43,955 nt of DNA, taken from assembly GCA_041191165.1 (NCBI GenBank), contig JBEEPJ010000001.1, forward strand, positions 1 through 43,955. The letters are read 5' to 3'. Under the pieces are notes generated by a model, which searched no databases, was not told the DNA's origin, and saw nothing but the letters and a program-made list of their open reading frames with translations. Below are positions 8,254 through 17,104 of the stretch, in pieces. Position 1 is the stretch's first letter; every line of letters starts with the position of its first letter. The DNA is from Bacteroidota bacterium (lineage in GTDB: Bacteria > Bacteroidota > Bacteroidia > Flavobacteriales_D > Sanyastnellaceae). The position numbers and the translations under genes are program-made.

Positions 8254-9396
8254 ATGGCCTACATCCAGCACGCCCTTCACCAATTGTTTCTGGACCACGA
8301 TTGCATCGTGGTGCCGGGCTTGGGGGGATTTGTGTGCAACCGGAGGCCCGCGCGGTACGATGCGCTGCGCAAGGAGTTGCTGCCGCCCGCACGCGAGGTA
8401 CAGTTCAATGAGCGCTTGATGCACAACGACGGGGTGTTGGCCCACGCCCTCGCCGTGTCGTCGGGGTGCACGTATGCAGAGGCGCTGGAATCCATTGAAA
8501 AAGAGGCGTCTATGATGCGTTTGGCCATCGCTTCAGGCCAAACCATTTCCCTCTCCCACGTCGGCCGGCTCTACCGGGGCGCGAATGGGGCCACGCACTT
8601 CCTCGCGGAGCCGGAGTTGGAGCGGATGTTGCGCTCTTTCGGGCTGCAGCGGATTGCCTTGGTCCCGTTGGAGCGCGTGGCGGCTGCGCCAGAGGGGCTG
8701 TCGGCGGCGGAGGTTCCTGCCCCGGTCGGCGGCCGGGTCATCGGCATCGGGAAGGGCGCGCGTTGGGCGGCTGCCGCTTCAATTTTGCCGCTCTTGGCTG
8801 GCGGGGCTTGGTGGTGGTCCGCGCAATCCGCTCCGGAGACAACAGCGTTTTCGCTGCCCAATTGGCCCCGTGCGGTTCGGGTGGCGGACTACATGCCCCT
8901 GACGCCCTCTGCTTCGGATGCGATGTTGCCCGCATGGGAACCCGAGTCGGTACGCCTTGTGGAGGAGGCCTTGGCCGCTTCTTCCCAGCTCACCGATGCT
9001 GTGGTCTGCATGGACTTGGAGACGGGTGCGCGGGATGAAACCGGGTTCCGGATTCGGCTCCAAACGGCGACGGAAGCCGGCGCTTCGGTCGCCAGTTCGT
9101 CGGTCGCCGCCCCCACCGACATCGCCGCTGGTCCCGCTGCGGCGGCTGCCGCGGAGGTCGAAGCACCTTGCATCGGGGGCTTTTTGTTGGTCTCCGGCGC
9201 TTTCACCTCAGAAACCAACGCACAGCGGCATGCCGCGCACTTGCAGGCCTCGGGCACTTCGGTGGAGTGCATTCTCCAGCCGGGGGGATTGTATTTGGTC
9301 TGCATCGGGGTCTATCAGGCGTCAGCAGATGCCCAATCCGCTCTGCAAGCCCTTCAGGCCGCTGGCCCGACGGCAGCATGGATCAAGTCCCTGTGA
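8254..9396 (+). CDS. HU-like (HU-CCDC81-type) N-terminal domain protein with a C-terminal SPOR peptidoglycan-binding domain (380 aa)
   Basis: The N-terminus LFLDHDCIVVPGLGGFV...AR(Y)D is typical of the bacterial HU-CCDC81 domain. There is a low-complexity Ala-rich linker. The C-terminal FLLVSGAFTSETNAQRHAAHLQASG...GLYLVCIGVYQASADAQSAL is SPOR-like. Confidence 0.75.
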   Translation: MAYIQHALHQLFLDHDCIVVPGLGGFVCNRRPARYDALRKELLPPAREVQFNERLMHNDGVLAHALAVSSGCTYAEALESIEKEASMMRLAIASGQTISLSHVGRLYRGANGATHFLAEPELERMLRSFGLQRIALVPLERVAAAPEGLSAAEVPAPVGGRVIGIGKGARWAAAASILPLLAGGAWWWSAQSAPETTAFSLPNWPRAVRVADYMPLTPSASDAMLPAWEPESVRLVEEALAASSQLTDAVVCMDLETGARDETGFRIRLQTATEAGASVASSSVAAPTDIAAGPAAAAAAEVEAPCIGGFLLVSGAFTSETNAQRHAAHLQASGTSVECILQPGGLYLVCIGVYQASADAQSALQALQAAGPTAAWIKSL

Positions 9397-10034
9397 ATTC
9401 CGGGCCTTGGGATGCCTTGGTCCTCGACTTTGGGGGCGTCCTTTTCGATATCGCTTATGATGCACCGGTGGCGGCTTTTGCAGCGCTGGGGTTTGATGAC
9501 TTTGGCACCTTTTTTCGCCAATCCGATCAATCGCATTGGGTGGACGACCTCGAGACCGGGGCGGTGGCTCCCTCTGATTTCCTAAAGGCCTTGCAGGCGC
9601 ACTGCCATCCAGGAACCTCGATTGCCTCGGTTTTGGAGGCCTGGAACAGCATCCTGATCGGATTTCCACCGGAGCGGCTGACGTGGGTGCAAAAACTTTC
9701 TCAGCAGACTCGCCTATTTTTATTCAGCAACACGAACGTCCTCCATGCGCGGGCCTTTGAGGCCATGCTGGCGGAACAAGGCTTGCTGCTGCCCTTTCAG
9801 GCGTGCTTTGAGGCCATCCATTACAGCCACGAGTGGGGGCAGCGCAAGCCGAACCGAGCGGCCTTCGAGGCCATGGCCCGCCAGCATCGTCTCCAGCCCG
9901 TACGAACCCTTTTTGTGGACGACAGTCCCCAACACGTGGCCGGCGCGCAATCCGCCGGCTGGCAGGCCCTTCACCTCCCCGTACCGGAGAAAACCCTGGA
10001 CGAGGCCCTGCGCTCAATGGGCTTCCGCCTGTGA
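9378..10034 (+). CDS. HAD-superfamily hydrolase, subfamily IA-like (218 aa)
   Basis: Motif I LVLDFGGVL, motif II FSNTN, conserved Lys (QRKP) and motif IV FVDDS. ATG 9378 overlaps the 3' end of the preceding gene by 19 nt. The track ORF start at 9168 is an out-of-context extension. Confidence 0.8.
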   Translation: MDQVPVNSGPWDALVLDFGGVLFDIAYDAPVAAFAALGFDDFGTFFRQSDQSHWVDDLETGAVAPSDFLKALQAHCHPGTSIASVLEAWNSILIGFPPERLTWVQKLSQQTRLFLFSNTNVLHARAFEAMLAEQGLLLPFQACFEAIHYSHEWGQRKPNRAAFEAMARQHRLQPVRTLFVDDSPQHVAGAQSAGWQALHLPVPEKTLDEALRSMGFRL

Positions 10035-10523
10035 TGCGGAGGAAGCGTCCATCGCTCGCCTTTTCACCAGAGAATTGACGGCTTCGAAAGCTTCCGGACT
10101 GCAGGGCTGGGCCCCTTGCTCCAACAGTTCGAAGATGAGGGCGTTTCGGGTTTCCACCGCAAAAATCCGCCTCGCCTCGAGTCCCTGAACCCCTTCCGAT
10201 GCCTCCCCTGCCCCCTTCTTTTCCCCGGGTTCTGCTTCGCGCGGGATGGCCAGGGCAAAGGCCTCGGCATCTCCAAACGCGAACCACCAAACCTCCCTTT
10301 CCCCGGGCCGCATGAGATGCGTGATGCGGCTGCAGGCCTTCTCCCAGAAGGCTTCGCTGAACCCATCGAGACAAGCCTCGACGCGTTCGCCATGCACTTT
10401 AAGGCCGTCGGTTTGCGTCCAGCGCTGCCAGTCCAGCGCGGTCACACCCTGCTCGGCGAGGTACTGGACGAAGTCCCCTTCCAAGGCTTGGAGCTCCTCA
10501 GCGGTCAATCGCCGGTATCGCAT
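10014..10523 (-). CDS. Conserved hypothetical protein (169 aa), resembling the Bacteroidota DUF6495 family (name from memory)
   Basis: ATG at 10523 and coding-like composition. The N-terminus MRYRRLTAEELQALEGDFVQYLAEQG resembles the M(K/R)YRRLT.EE...L...F family I recall. No catalytic motif recognised. Confidence 0.6.
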   Translation of the reverse strand: MRYRRLTAEELQALEGDFVQYLAEQGVTALDWQRWTQTDGLKVHGERVEACLDGFSEAFWEKACSRITHLMRPGEREVWWFAFGDAEAFALAIPREAEPGEKKGAGEASEGVQGLEARRIFAVETRNALIFELLEQGAQPCSPEAFEAVNSLVKRRAMDASSASQAEAH

Positions 10524-10544
10524 CGCGCGTCGAGCGGCTCGGGG

Positions 10545-12749
10545 TCAGGACGTGATGCCCTCGAGCATCAGCAAGAAAGCGTATTCCATGGCGGTTTCGC
10601 GGTAGCGCTTGAAGCGACCCGAAGCCCCTCCGTGACCGGTTTCCATATTGCAGTGGAGCAGCAAGAGGTTCTTGTCGGTTTTCATGTCCCGCAGTCGGGC
10701 GACCCACTTGGCCGGCTCCCAATACTGCACCTGGCTGTCCCAGTAACCCGTGGTCACCAACATATGCGGGTATTCCTGCGCCTTGACGTTGTCGTAAGGG
10801 CTGTAGGACATCATGTAGGCGAAGTAGGCGGAGTCCTTGGGATTGCCCCACTCATCGAACTCACCGGTGGTCAGCGGAATGGTCTCGTCGAGCATCGTGT
10901 TGATGACGTCGACGAAGGGAACCGCGGCGATGACCCCGTGGAAAAGCTCAGGGGCCATATTGACCACCGCGCCCATCAACAAGCCTCCCGCCGATCCCCC
11001 CATGGCGTACATGTGGTCCGCTGAGGTGTATTTCTGATCGATCAATGCCCGGGCGCAGTCGATGAAGTCCGTGAAGGTGTTCTTCTTTTTGAACAACTTT
11101 CCGTCCTCATACCAAGCGCGACCCATTTCTTGTCCGCCCCGGATGTGCGCGATGGCGAACACGAAGCCGCGGTCCAGCAGGCTCAGGCGGGTGCTGGAAA
11201 AGCTGGGGTCGGTGCTGTAGCCATAGCTTCCATACGCGTACAGCAGCATCGGGTGGCTGCCGTCTTTCTTCATTCCCTTGCGGTAGACCAGGGAAACGGG
11301 CACTTCCGTTCCATCCGTGGCCCGGATCATCAGGCGCTCACTGGTGTAGTTGGCGGCGTCGAATTGGCCTCCCAACACCTCCTGTTGCTTGAGCTGGACT
11401 TGCGCCTTGGACTCCATGTCCATCTCGAACACGGTGTTGGGCGTGGTGAGCGAGGTGTATCCGAAGCGCAATTTGGCGGTTTCGAAGTCGGGGTTGGCGC
11501 CGACATAAGCCATGTAGGCCGGGTCTTGGAAGGGAACGTAGTAGTCCTGCGTCCCATCCCAGCGCTTGACGCGGATCTGGGTCAATCCTGCCGTCCGTTC
11601 TTCGATGACCAGGTGGTCCTTGAAAATCTCGATGGCTTCGAGCAGGGTTTCTTCGCGGTGGGGGAGCACATCTTCCCAGTGGTCGTAGGTGGTGGCCGTT
11701 ACGGGCGTGCGGACGAGCTTGAAGTTCTTCGCGTCGCGGTTGGTGGTGATGTAGAAGTGCTCACCGTAATGCGAGACGCTGTATTCCAAATCCCGCTCCC
11801 GCGGCTGAATCACTTTCCAAGTCCCGGTAGGCTTGTTCGCATCGAGGTATCTCCACTCCGTGCTGACCGTGGAGTAGCTGGAGATCATGAGGTATTGGTC
11901 GCTCTTGGTTTTGCCTACCCCACAGCTGAAAGTCTCGTCTTTTTCCTCAAAAACCAGCACATCACCCGCGGCGGGTGTGCCCAAGGTGTGGCGGTAAATG
12001 CGGTGCGAGCGCAGGGTTTGGGGGTCCTTTTTCGTGTAGAAAAGGGTCTTGTTGTCGTTCGCCCAAGTGGCCCCCCCAGTGGTCAGGGGAATGGCATCGG
12101 CATAGACCTCTCCCGTGGCCAAGTTCTTGACATACACCGTGTACTCGCGGCGGCTGACCGTGTCCACCGAGTAGGCCAGCATCGTATTATCCGGGCTCAC
12201 AGAAAGGCCGCCTGCCTCGAAATAGGCATAGCCTTCCGCGAGTTCGTTCACGTTGAGCATGACTTCCTCCGGTGCGTCAAGGGTACCCTTTTTTCGGCAG
12301 TAGATGGCATATTCCTTTCCCTCCTCGTAGCGGTTGTAGTACCAGTAGCCGTTGTCGAGCAGCGGAACGCTCATGTCGTCCTGCTTGATGCGCCCTACGA
12401 TTTCGTTGTACAGGCTGTCCTGCAGGGCCTGGGTAGGGGCGAGAACCTCGTCTTTGTAGGCGTTTTCCGCGTTCAGGTAGTCGAGTACTTTTTGGGTTTG
12501 GGCGTCGGGGGTCGCCGCGTTTTTTTGCTCATCGGAGAGCCGCATCCAGAAGTAATCGTCGTTCCAAGTGGTGTCATGGATGCTGACGGCATGGGGCTGC
12601 TTTTCCGCGTCCGGGGGTGCGGAGAACATCGATTCCGTAAAGACGGGTTGGGATTTCATGGGCGGAGTCTCGGGGGTATTGCAAGCGGCGGCAAAGATAC
12701 AGGCCGCAACTGCGACGAGCGGGGTAGAGGGGTAGGCCAAACTTTTCAT
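10545..12749 (-). CDS. ptrB: S9A serine peptidase, oligopeptidase B-like, with lipoprotein-type signal (734 aa)
   Basis: Real start MKSLAYPSTPLVAVAACIFAAAC at 12749. Beta-propeller N-domain. Catalytic GGSAGGLLMG serine motif, with downstream D and H (ETGHGG). Confidence 0.85.
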   Translation of the reverse strand: MKSLAYPSTPLVAVAACIFAAACNTPETPPMKSQPVFTESMFSAPPDAEKQPHAVSIHDTTWNDDYFWMRLSDEQKNAATPDAQTQKVLDYLNAENAYKDEVLAPTQALQDSLYNEIVGRIKQDDMSVPLLDNGYWYYNRYEEGKEYAIYCRKKGTLDAPEEVMLNVNELAEGYAYFEAGGLSVSPDNTMLAYSVDTVSRREYTVYVKNLATGEVYADAIPLTTGGATWANDNKTLFYTKKDPQTLRSHRIYRHTLGTPAAGDVLVFEEKDETFSCGVGKTKSDQYLMISSYSTVSTEWRYLDANKPTGTWKVIQPRERDLEYSVSHYGEHFYITTNRDAKNFKLVRTPVTATTYDHWEDVLPHREETLLEAIEIFKDHLVIEERTAGLTQIRVKRWDGTQDYYVPFQDPAYMAYVGANPDFETAKLRFGYTSLTTPNTVFEMDMESKAQVQLKQQEVLGGQFDAANYTSERLMIRATDGTEVPVSLVYRKGMKKDGSHPMLLYAYGSYGYSTDPSFSSTRLSLLDRGFVFAIAHIRGGQEMGRAWYEDGKLFKKKNTFTDFIDCARALIDQKYTSADHMYAMGGSAGGLLMGAVVNMAPELFHGVIAAVPFVDVINTMLDETIPLTTGEFDEWGNPKDSAYFAYMMSYSPYDNVKAQEYPHMLVTTGYWDSQVQYWEPAKWVARLRDMKTDKNLLLLHCNMETGHGGASGRFKRYRETAMEYAFLLMLEGITS

Positions 12750-12799
12750 CACCAACAGGGGATTGGGAACCGTTAATCGAAATTCGTTGCGAAAGTTAG

Positions 12800-13531
12800 T
12801 CACGGGGGCGGTGGTCCGGCGTGCAGTTTTTTGAGGTCGTCCGGGGTGTCGATGCAGGGGGTTTCGAAGGGGGTGTGCCCTACCTGAATCGGCAGCCCGT
12901 GGGCCAGCCACCGGAGTTGCTCGAGGCGTTCCCGCTCTTCAAGTTCGCAGGGCGGCAGGGTGGCGATCCGGGCCAGGGCGTCGCGGGTGAAGGCATACAG
13001 CCCCACGTGCTTGAGCCAGTCCCCGGGGCCGGAGGGGATGGGGCTACGGCTGAAGTACAGGGCGCGGCCGGACAGGTCGGTGACCACCTTGACTCGGTTG
13101 GGGTCGGTGAAGGCGGGGTCCCCGGCGGCCATGGGCCGGGCCAGCGTGGCCACGGCGGCGGTGGGCCGCTCGATCAGGTCGACCAGCATCCGAAGCTGCT
13201 CCGCCCGGACGAAAGGCTCATCCCCCTGGACATTGACCACCGCCGTGACGGGCGGCTGACCCGCCCCCTGCTCCATCCGGCACACCGCCTCCCAAACCCG
13301 GGAAGTCCCATTCGGGTGGTCCTCCGCCGTCATCACCGCCCGTCCCCCCATGGCCGCCACCCGCTCCGCAATCCCCCCATGGTCCGTCGCCACCCAAACC
13401 TCGTCGAACACCCCCGCCTCCTCGACCCGCCGCACCACCCGCTCGATCATCGGCACCCCGAACACCTCGACCAACGGCTTCCCCGGAAACCGCGTCGAAC
13501 CCCACCGGGCGGGAATCACAGCGACCCTCAT
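12800..13531 (-). CDS. kdsB: 3-deoxy-manno-octulosonate cytidylyltransferase (CMP-Kdo synthetase, 243 aa)
   Basis: MRVAVIPARWGSTRFPGKPL N-terminus, NVQGDEP motif. The ATG at 13531-13529 overlaps the upstream receptor stop (ATGA). Confidence 0.9.
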   Translation of the reverse strand: MRVAVIPARWGSTRFPGKPLVEVFGVPMIERVVRRVEEAGVFDEVWVATDHGGIAERVAAMGGRAVMTAEDHPNGTSRVWEAVCRMEQGAGQPPVTAVVNVQGDEPFVRAEQLRMLVDLIERPTAAVATLARPMAAGDPAFTDPNRVKVVTDLSGRALYFSRSPIPSGPGDWLKHVGLYAFTRDALARIATLPPCELEERERLEQLRWLAHGLPIQVGHTPFETPCIDTPDDLKKLHAGPPPP

Positions 13532-15924
13532 TGGATTTCGTACGTGTACATCAACTGTGTGACCCGGGGCGTCTCCATCACCAGCGGCCGCAGGGAGTAC
13601 TCCGCGTTGAGCACATTGTTGACCACCAGCGAAATTCGGTGCGTCTCCCCGATCGGCATCCCCACCCGCAAGTCGAAGACCCACGGCTGCCGGGGATGTT
13701 CTTCGAGCCACCGCCCCACGCCCCACTGCACGAAACCGTACTCCTCAAACTGCAAGAATGCCTGATCGAAGTTGTCCAGCTGGCTCTGGTACCGCACGCT
13801 GAAACCGGCAAACCACCTCGGAGCCGTCACATGCACATCGCCACGCACCAGGTGCGGCGACCGGTACTTGAGAATGTGATTCGTCGTGTCGTGGCTGGTG
13901 GACAGATACGTGGCCGGATAGTTGGGGTTGGGGCTGTAGTCCAAATCCGGCGACAAAGTCACCGGTCGGGTAAACGTATACCCCGCCAGCACGTCCACCT
14001 CCAACCGCTCCCCCTTCCAACGGCCCGTCAGCGAAGCCTCCGCTCCGGTGACCCGACTCCGTCCGGTGTTCACGCTCATGAATCCCAGACCCGCAATCGG
14101 GTCGGTCAGGGCCCCCCACTGCCCAAAGGTGAATTCGATGAACTGGTCGAAGTCCTGCCGGAACAGCGCCACATCCACAAACCCCATGAACCCATTCACC
14201 TTCAGTCCTTGCTTGAATCCCACCTCCCACGCCTCCGCAAACTCGGGCAGCAGATTCTCGTTGGGGTAGATCTGCAGCGAACCCAGCCCGGTGCGGATGT
14301 AACGTTCCGCGATGGTCGGGAACCGAAACCCTTGGCCGTAGCTTGCCCGCAGATAGCCTGCCCGTCCGATGGCTTGGTTTACGCCCGCCCGAAAAACCGG
14401 CTTGCTGGCCCGCACCTCGTTCACCTGGAACATCTCATAGCGAACGCCCGCCGAGACCTTGGTCTTTTCCCAGCTTTGGTCGAACTGGGTATAGGCCCCG
14501 AGGGTGAGGGCTTGGTTGATGCCGTCGCTGGATCCCCCGCTGTAGAGCTCGGCGTTGCTGACGGCGAGCTGCCCGAGCCCTCCGCCCGTCATGCGTAGCC
14601 CCTGCAGGCCCCAGCGTTCGCCGTCGAGCGCGATTTGGTATTCCAAATGATACACATTCGAGGCATTGCTCTGGCTGTTGTTGTTCGCATTCACCAAGTG
14701 CTGCCACCTTCCGCGCAGGCTATGTCGCACATCGCGCGGCGTGAGGTATTGCACGTACGGATCCACGGTGCCGATGAGCTGGCGCGTCCGCGTGGAGGCC
14801 CCTTCGTAGCTGCCGTAGATGCGGTTGGGTGCGCGGTCCCAGATGAGCGTGTTCAGCGATTCTCCGAATTGCCAGTTTCCGCCCACGCCGTAGACCAAAC
14901 CCGGCACCCGGCTCTCCCGCTTGCGCAACGCGGCATTGAGCCGAGCCTGGCTCGTCGCCGCAAATCGGTCCACGGTGAAGGGGTTGAAAGGCCGGTCTTG
15001 CGTCGAATCGGCCGGGGCAAGGTGGCCGTCGTCCCCGAGCAGGTTTCCGCCCACCACCAGGTCCCAAGCCCCGACCCGCTGGCTGTGCAGGAAACGGATA
15101 TTCGAGAGCTGGGGCACGGTGTTCCAGGTGCGGGCATCGCGGCTGCGGGGCGCGCTGTAGGCACCGTGTTGCAGGGTGAGTCGGGTCAAGGGCCGGGCGT
15201 CGGGAAAGCGGGTCCGCACATGGATGACCCCACTGAGCGCAGAGCTTCCGTAAAGCACGGAGGACGCCCCCTTGATGACTTCTACTTGCTCCAGGTTCTC
15301 CAGCGGCAGGAATCCCCAGCTGGGCCGCCCCGCGTCGCCGCTGAGGATGGGCAGCTCGTCCACGAGAATCATGACCCGCGAGCCCGCGCCGTAGCTGAAT
15401 CCGCTCCCGCTGCGAATCTGCGGCTCGCCATCCACAAAGCTCACCCCCGGCGTCTGTTCCAGGGCATTTTCGAGCGAGGTCGTCCCCCGTTGCTCCACGA
15501 GCCGGGGAGGCAAGACCTCCATGGAGACCGTCACTTCTGCACTGCGCTGCTCAAACCGCCCTGCGCTCACCACGACGGGATCGAAGGTGTGATCGCCTGA
15601 AACCAACCGGAAATTCAGTTCGGGAATCGGGTCATTTCCCACGGGCACCTGCCAGGGGCGGGTCTGGGCTTCGTAGCCGATGAAACTGCATTTTACGAGG
15701 AGGGTTTGGCCTTTCCAATCCGGCAAAACCGCCAGCTGATAGCGACCCTTCTCGTCCGAGTAGGCCCCCGCGTTGAACTGGGGAATCACCACCGTAGCAA
15801 GGGGCAGCGGCTGACCTGTTTCATCGGTCACTACGCCCGTGAGCACCTGTGCCATAAGCGAAGGCCGAGCCCCCAAGAAGGCTCCAATGGCGAGCAGGCA
15901 GATGAGGTTTTGGAAGCGCAACAT
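13528..15924 (-). CDS. TonB-dependent outer-membrane receptor with N-terminal CarboxypepD_reg-like domain (798 aa)
   Basis: Start MLRFQNLICLLAIGAFLG (signal) at 15924. GVVTDETGQPLPLATV carboxypeptidase-regulatory-like domain, plug (VEVIKGASSVLYGSSALSGVIHV), long beta-barrel, and a C-terminus with an aromatic-rich last strand. Confidence 0.88.
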   Translation of the reverse strand: MLRFQNLICLLAIGAFLGARPSLMAQVLTGVVTDETGQPLPLATVVIPQFNAGAYSDEKGRYQLAVLPDWKGQTLLVKCSFIGYEAQTRPWQVPVGNDPIPELNFRLVSGDHTFDPVVVSAGRFEQRSAEVTVSMEVLPPRLVEQRGTTSLENALEQTPGVSFVDGEPQIRSGSGFSYGAGSRVMILVDELPILSGDAGRPSWGFLPLENLEQVEVIKGASSVLYGSSALSGVIHVRTRFPDARPLTRLTLQHGAYSAPRSRDARTWNTVPQLSNIRFLHSQRVGAWDLVVGGNLLGDDGHLAPADSTQDRPFNPFTVDRFAATSQARLNAALRKRESRVPGLVYGVGGNWQFGESLNTLIWDRAPNRIYGSYEGASTRTRQLIGTVDPYVQYLTPRDVRHSLRGRWQHLVNANNNSQSNASNVYHLEYQIALDGERWGLQGLRMTGGGLGQLAVSNAELYSGGSSDGINQALTLGAYTQFDQSWEKTKVSAGVRYEMFQVNEVRASKPVFRAGVNQAIGRAGYLRASYGQGFRFPTIAERYIRTGLGSLQIYPNENLLPEFAEAWEVGFKQGLKVNGFMGFVDVALFRQDFDQFIEFTFGQWGALTDPIAGLGFMSVNTGRSRVTGAEASLTGRWKGERLEVDVLAGYTFTRPVTLSPDLDYSPNPNYPATYLSTSHDTTNHILKYRSPHLVRGDVHVTAPRWFAGFSVRYQSQLDNFDQAFLQFEEYGFVQWGVGRWLEEHPRQPWVFDLRVGMPIGETHRISLVVNNVLNAEYSLRPLVMETPRVTQLMYTYEIQ

Positions 15925-16020
15925 TGTCGAGGCGCAATATTGCAAGGAATGCCGCCAACTTCCATCTGCACCTACAAAGTTGAAGCCCACACGGGTGAAA
16001 TCCCCCGGTGCCAGCGCGGG

Positions 16021-17103
16021 ATGGGTCCGCAAATTTGGACCATGCAGAGGGCAGAGGAAGGATGGCAACGCACGGAGCGTTGGATGGCTTGGACGCAGGT
16101 TCCTTTTCGGGGGCCGGTGCAGCTCAGGCGATTTTTGGATGACCGGATGGAAGAGGAGGCTTGGCAGGCCGTCGGGACCCCAGCACAACGTTCACGGTGG
16201 CAAGGCTGGGCAGAGGCAATGGCCCATGAAACGCGATCCACGGGGGCCTCGGTGGTGTCCTGGGAACAACCGGATTATCCCCGGGCATTGGCGGAAATCC
16301 ACGATGCACCCCCCGTGCTCTACGCCCAAGGGGATTTGACGGCATGGCATCACCCCATGGTGGCTGTGGTGGGCACGCGTCAATGCTCGGATGGGGCCGC
16401 GCGCTGGTCGTTCCAGATGGGACAGGCGCTGGCCCAGAGCGGAATCACCTTGGTGACGGGCGGAGCGCACGGAGTGGACATCGCTGCCGTTCAGGGCGCC
16501 TTGCATGCGGGGGGGCGGGTCATTTGGTGTCTGGCCGAGGGGCTGGATTGCATTTCACCCCGGGCCCATCGCAAATGGGCCGAGGCCAGCTTGGGTCGCG
16601 GGGCCTGGATCACCGAGTATCCGTTGCGCACCGCCGCCCGGCCTTGGCGATTTGCCCACCGAAACCGCATCGTGGTGGGGATGGGCTTCGCCACGGTCCT
16701 GGTCCAGAGTCCAGCGGATGGGGGCGGGATGATCTCCGCTCGGCTGGCGCTGTCGTACAATCGAACGCTGGGCGTACTGCCACCCTTGGAGCCGGGCCCG
16801 GCTTGGGATGGGAATCGGCATTGGCTCGCCACATGTCCTGGCGCGGGCATCTCCGAAGTGGGCGATTGGCTGGCCGCGCTGGGATTTCAGACGCGAAAAG
16901 TCGAGCCCTCTTCATTACCCGAGGCACTGGGGCCGCTCTGGAGGGCCTTGCTGGGGTCCAGGGGAAGGACGGCCAGCGACCTGTCGGAGCAACTGGGGTT
17001 GACCGATTCGCAGGTCCTGCATCAATTGCTCCTGCTCGAACTTCAGGGGCGGGTGCGCTCGGTTCCCGGCGGGAGATACGTCGCTTTGCAGGTCCTGGGC
17101 TAA
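16021..17103 (+). CDS. dprA: DNA-processing protein DprA (about 360 aa; start uncertain, ATG 16021 or 16042)
   Basis: The N-terminal W.QVPFRGPVQLRRFL matches the DprA SAM-like (vPGiGp...rrLl) region. YP..L..I.D.PPVLY, Rossmann core VVGTR......GGAHGVDIAAVQGAL, and a C-terminal winged-helix LLLLELQGRV. The track start at 15706 would overlap the divergent receptor gene. Confidence 0.85.
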   Translation: MGPQIWTMQRAEEGWQRTERWMAWTQVPFRGPVQLRRFLDDRMEEEAWQAVGTPAQRSRWQGWAEAMAHETRSTGASVVSWEQPDYPRALAEIHDAPPVLYAQGDLTAWHHPMVAVVGTRQCSDGAARWSFQMGQALAQSGITLVTGGAHGVDIAAVQGALHAGGRVIWCLAEGLDCISPRAHRKWAEASLGRGAWITEYPLRTAARPWRFAHRNRIVVGMGFATVLVQSPADGGGMISARLALSYNRTLGVLPPLEPGPAWDGNRHWLATCPGAGISEVGDWLAALGFQTRKVEPSSLPEALGPLWRALLGSRGRTASDLSEQLGLTDSQVLHQLLLLELQGRVRSVPGGRYVALQVLG

Positions 17104-17104
17104 A

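Noticed and set aside
8531-8556. Third partial copy of the shared promoter element (TTCAGGCCAAACCATTTCCC) inside the HU-SPOR CDS
   Set aside because: It sits in-frame within coding sequence (..ASGQTISLS..) and lacks the GCAC-T-run and the CCCGT core. It is most likely a chance resemblance, so it was not counted as a copy.
11130-15600. Long plus-strand ORFs (11130..12776, 12821..13765, 13531..14598, 14635..15600) antisense to ptrB, kdsB and the TonB receptor
   Set aside because: Shadow ORFs. The minus-strand genes carry catalytic and structural motifs, and these do not.
15706-16020. N-terminal 105-aa extension of dprA in the track ORF
   Set aside because: It would overlap the divergent TonB-receptor start (15924) and its promoter. 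DprA-like sequence only begins around W.QVPFRGPVQLRRFL.
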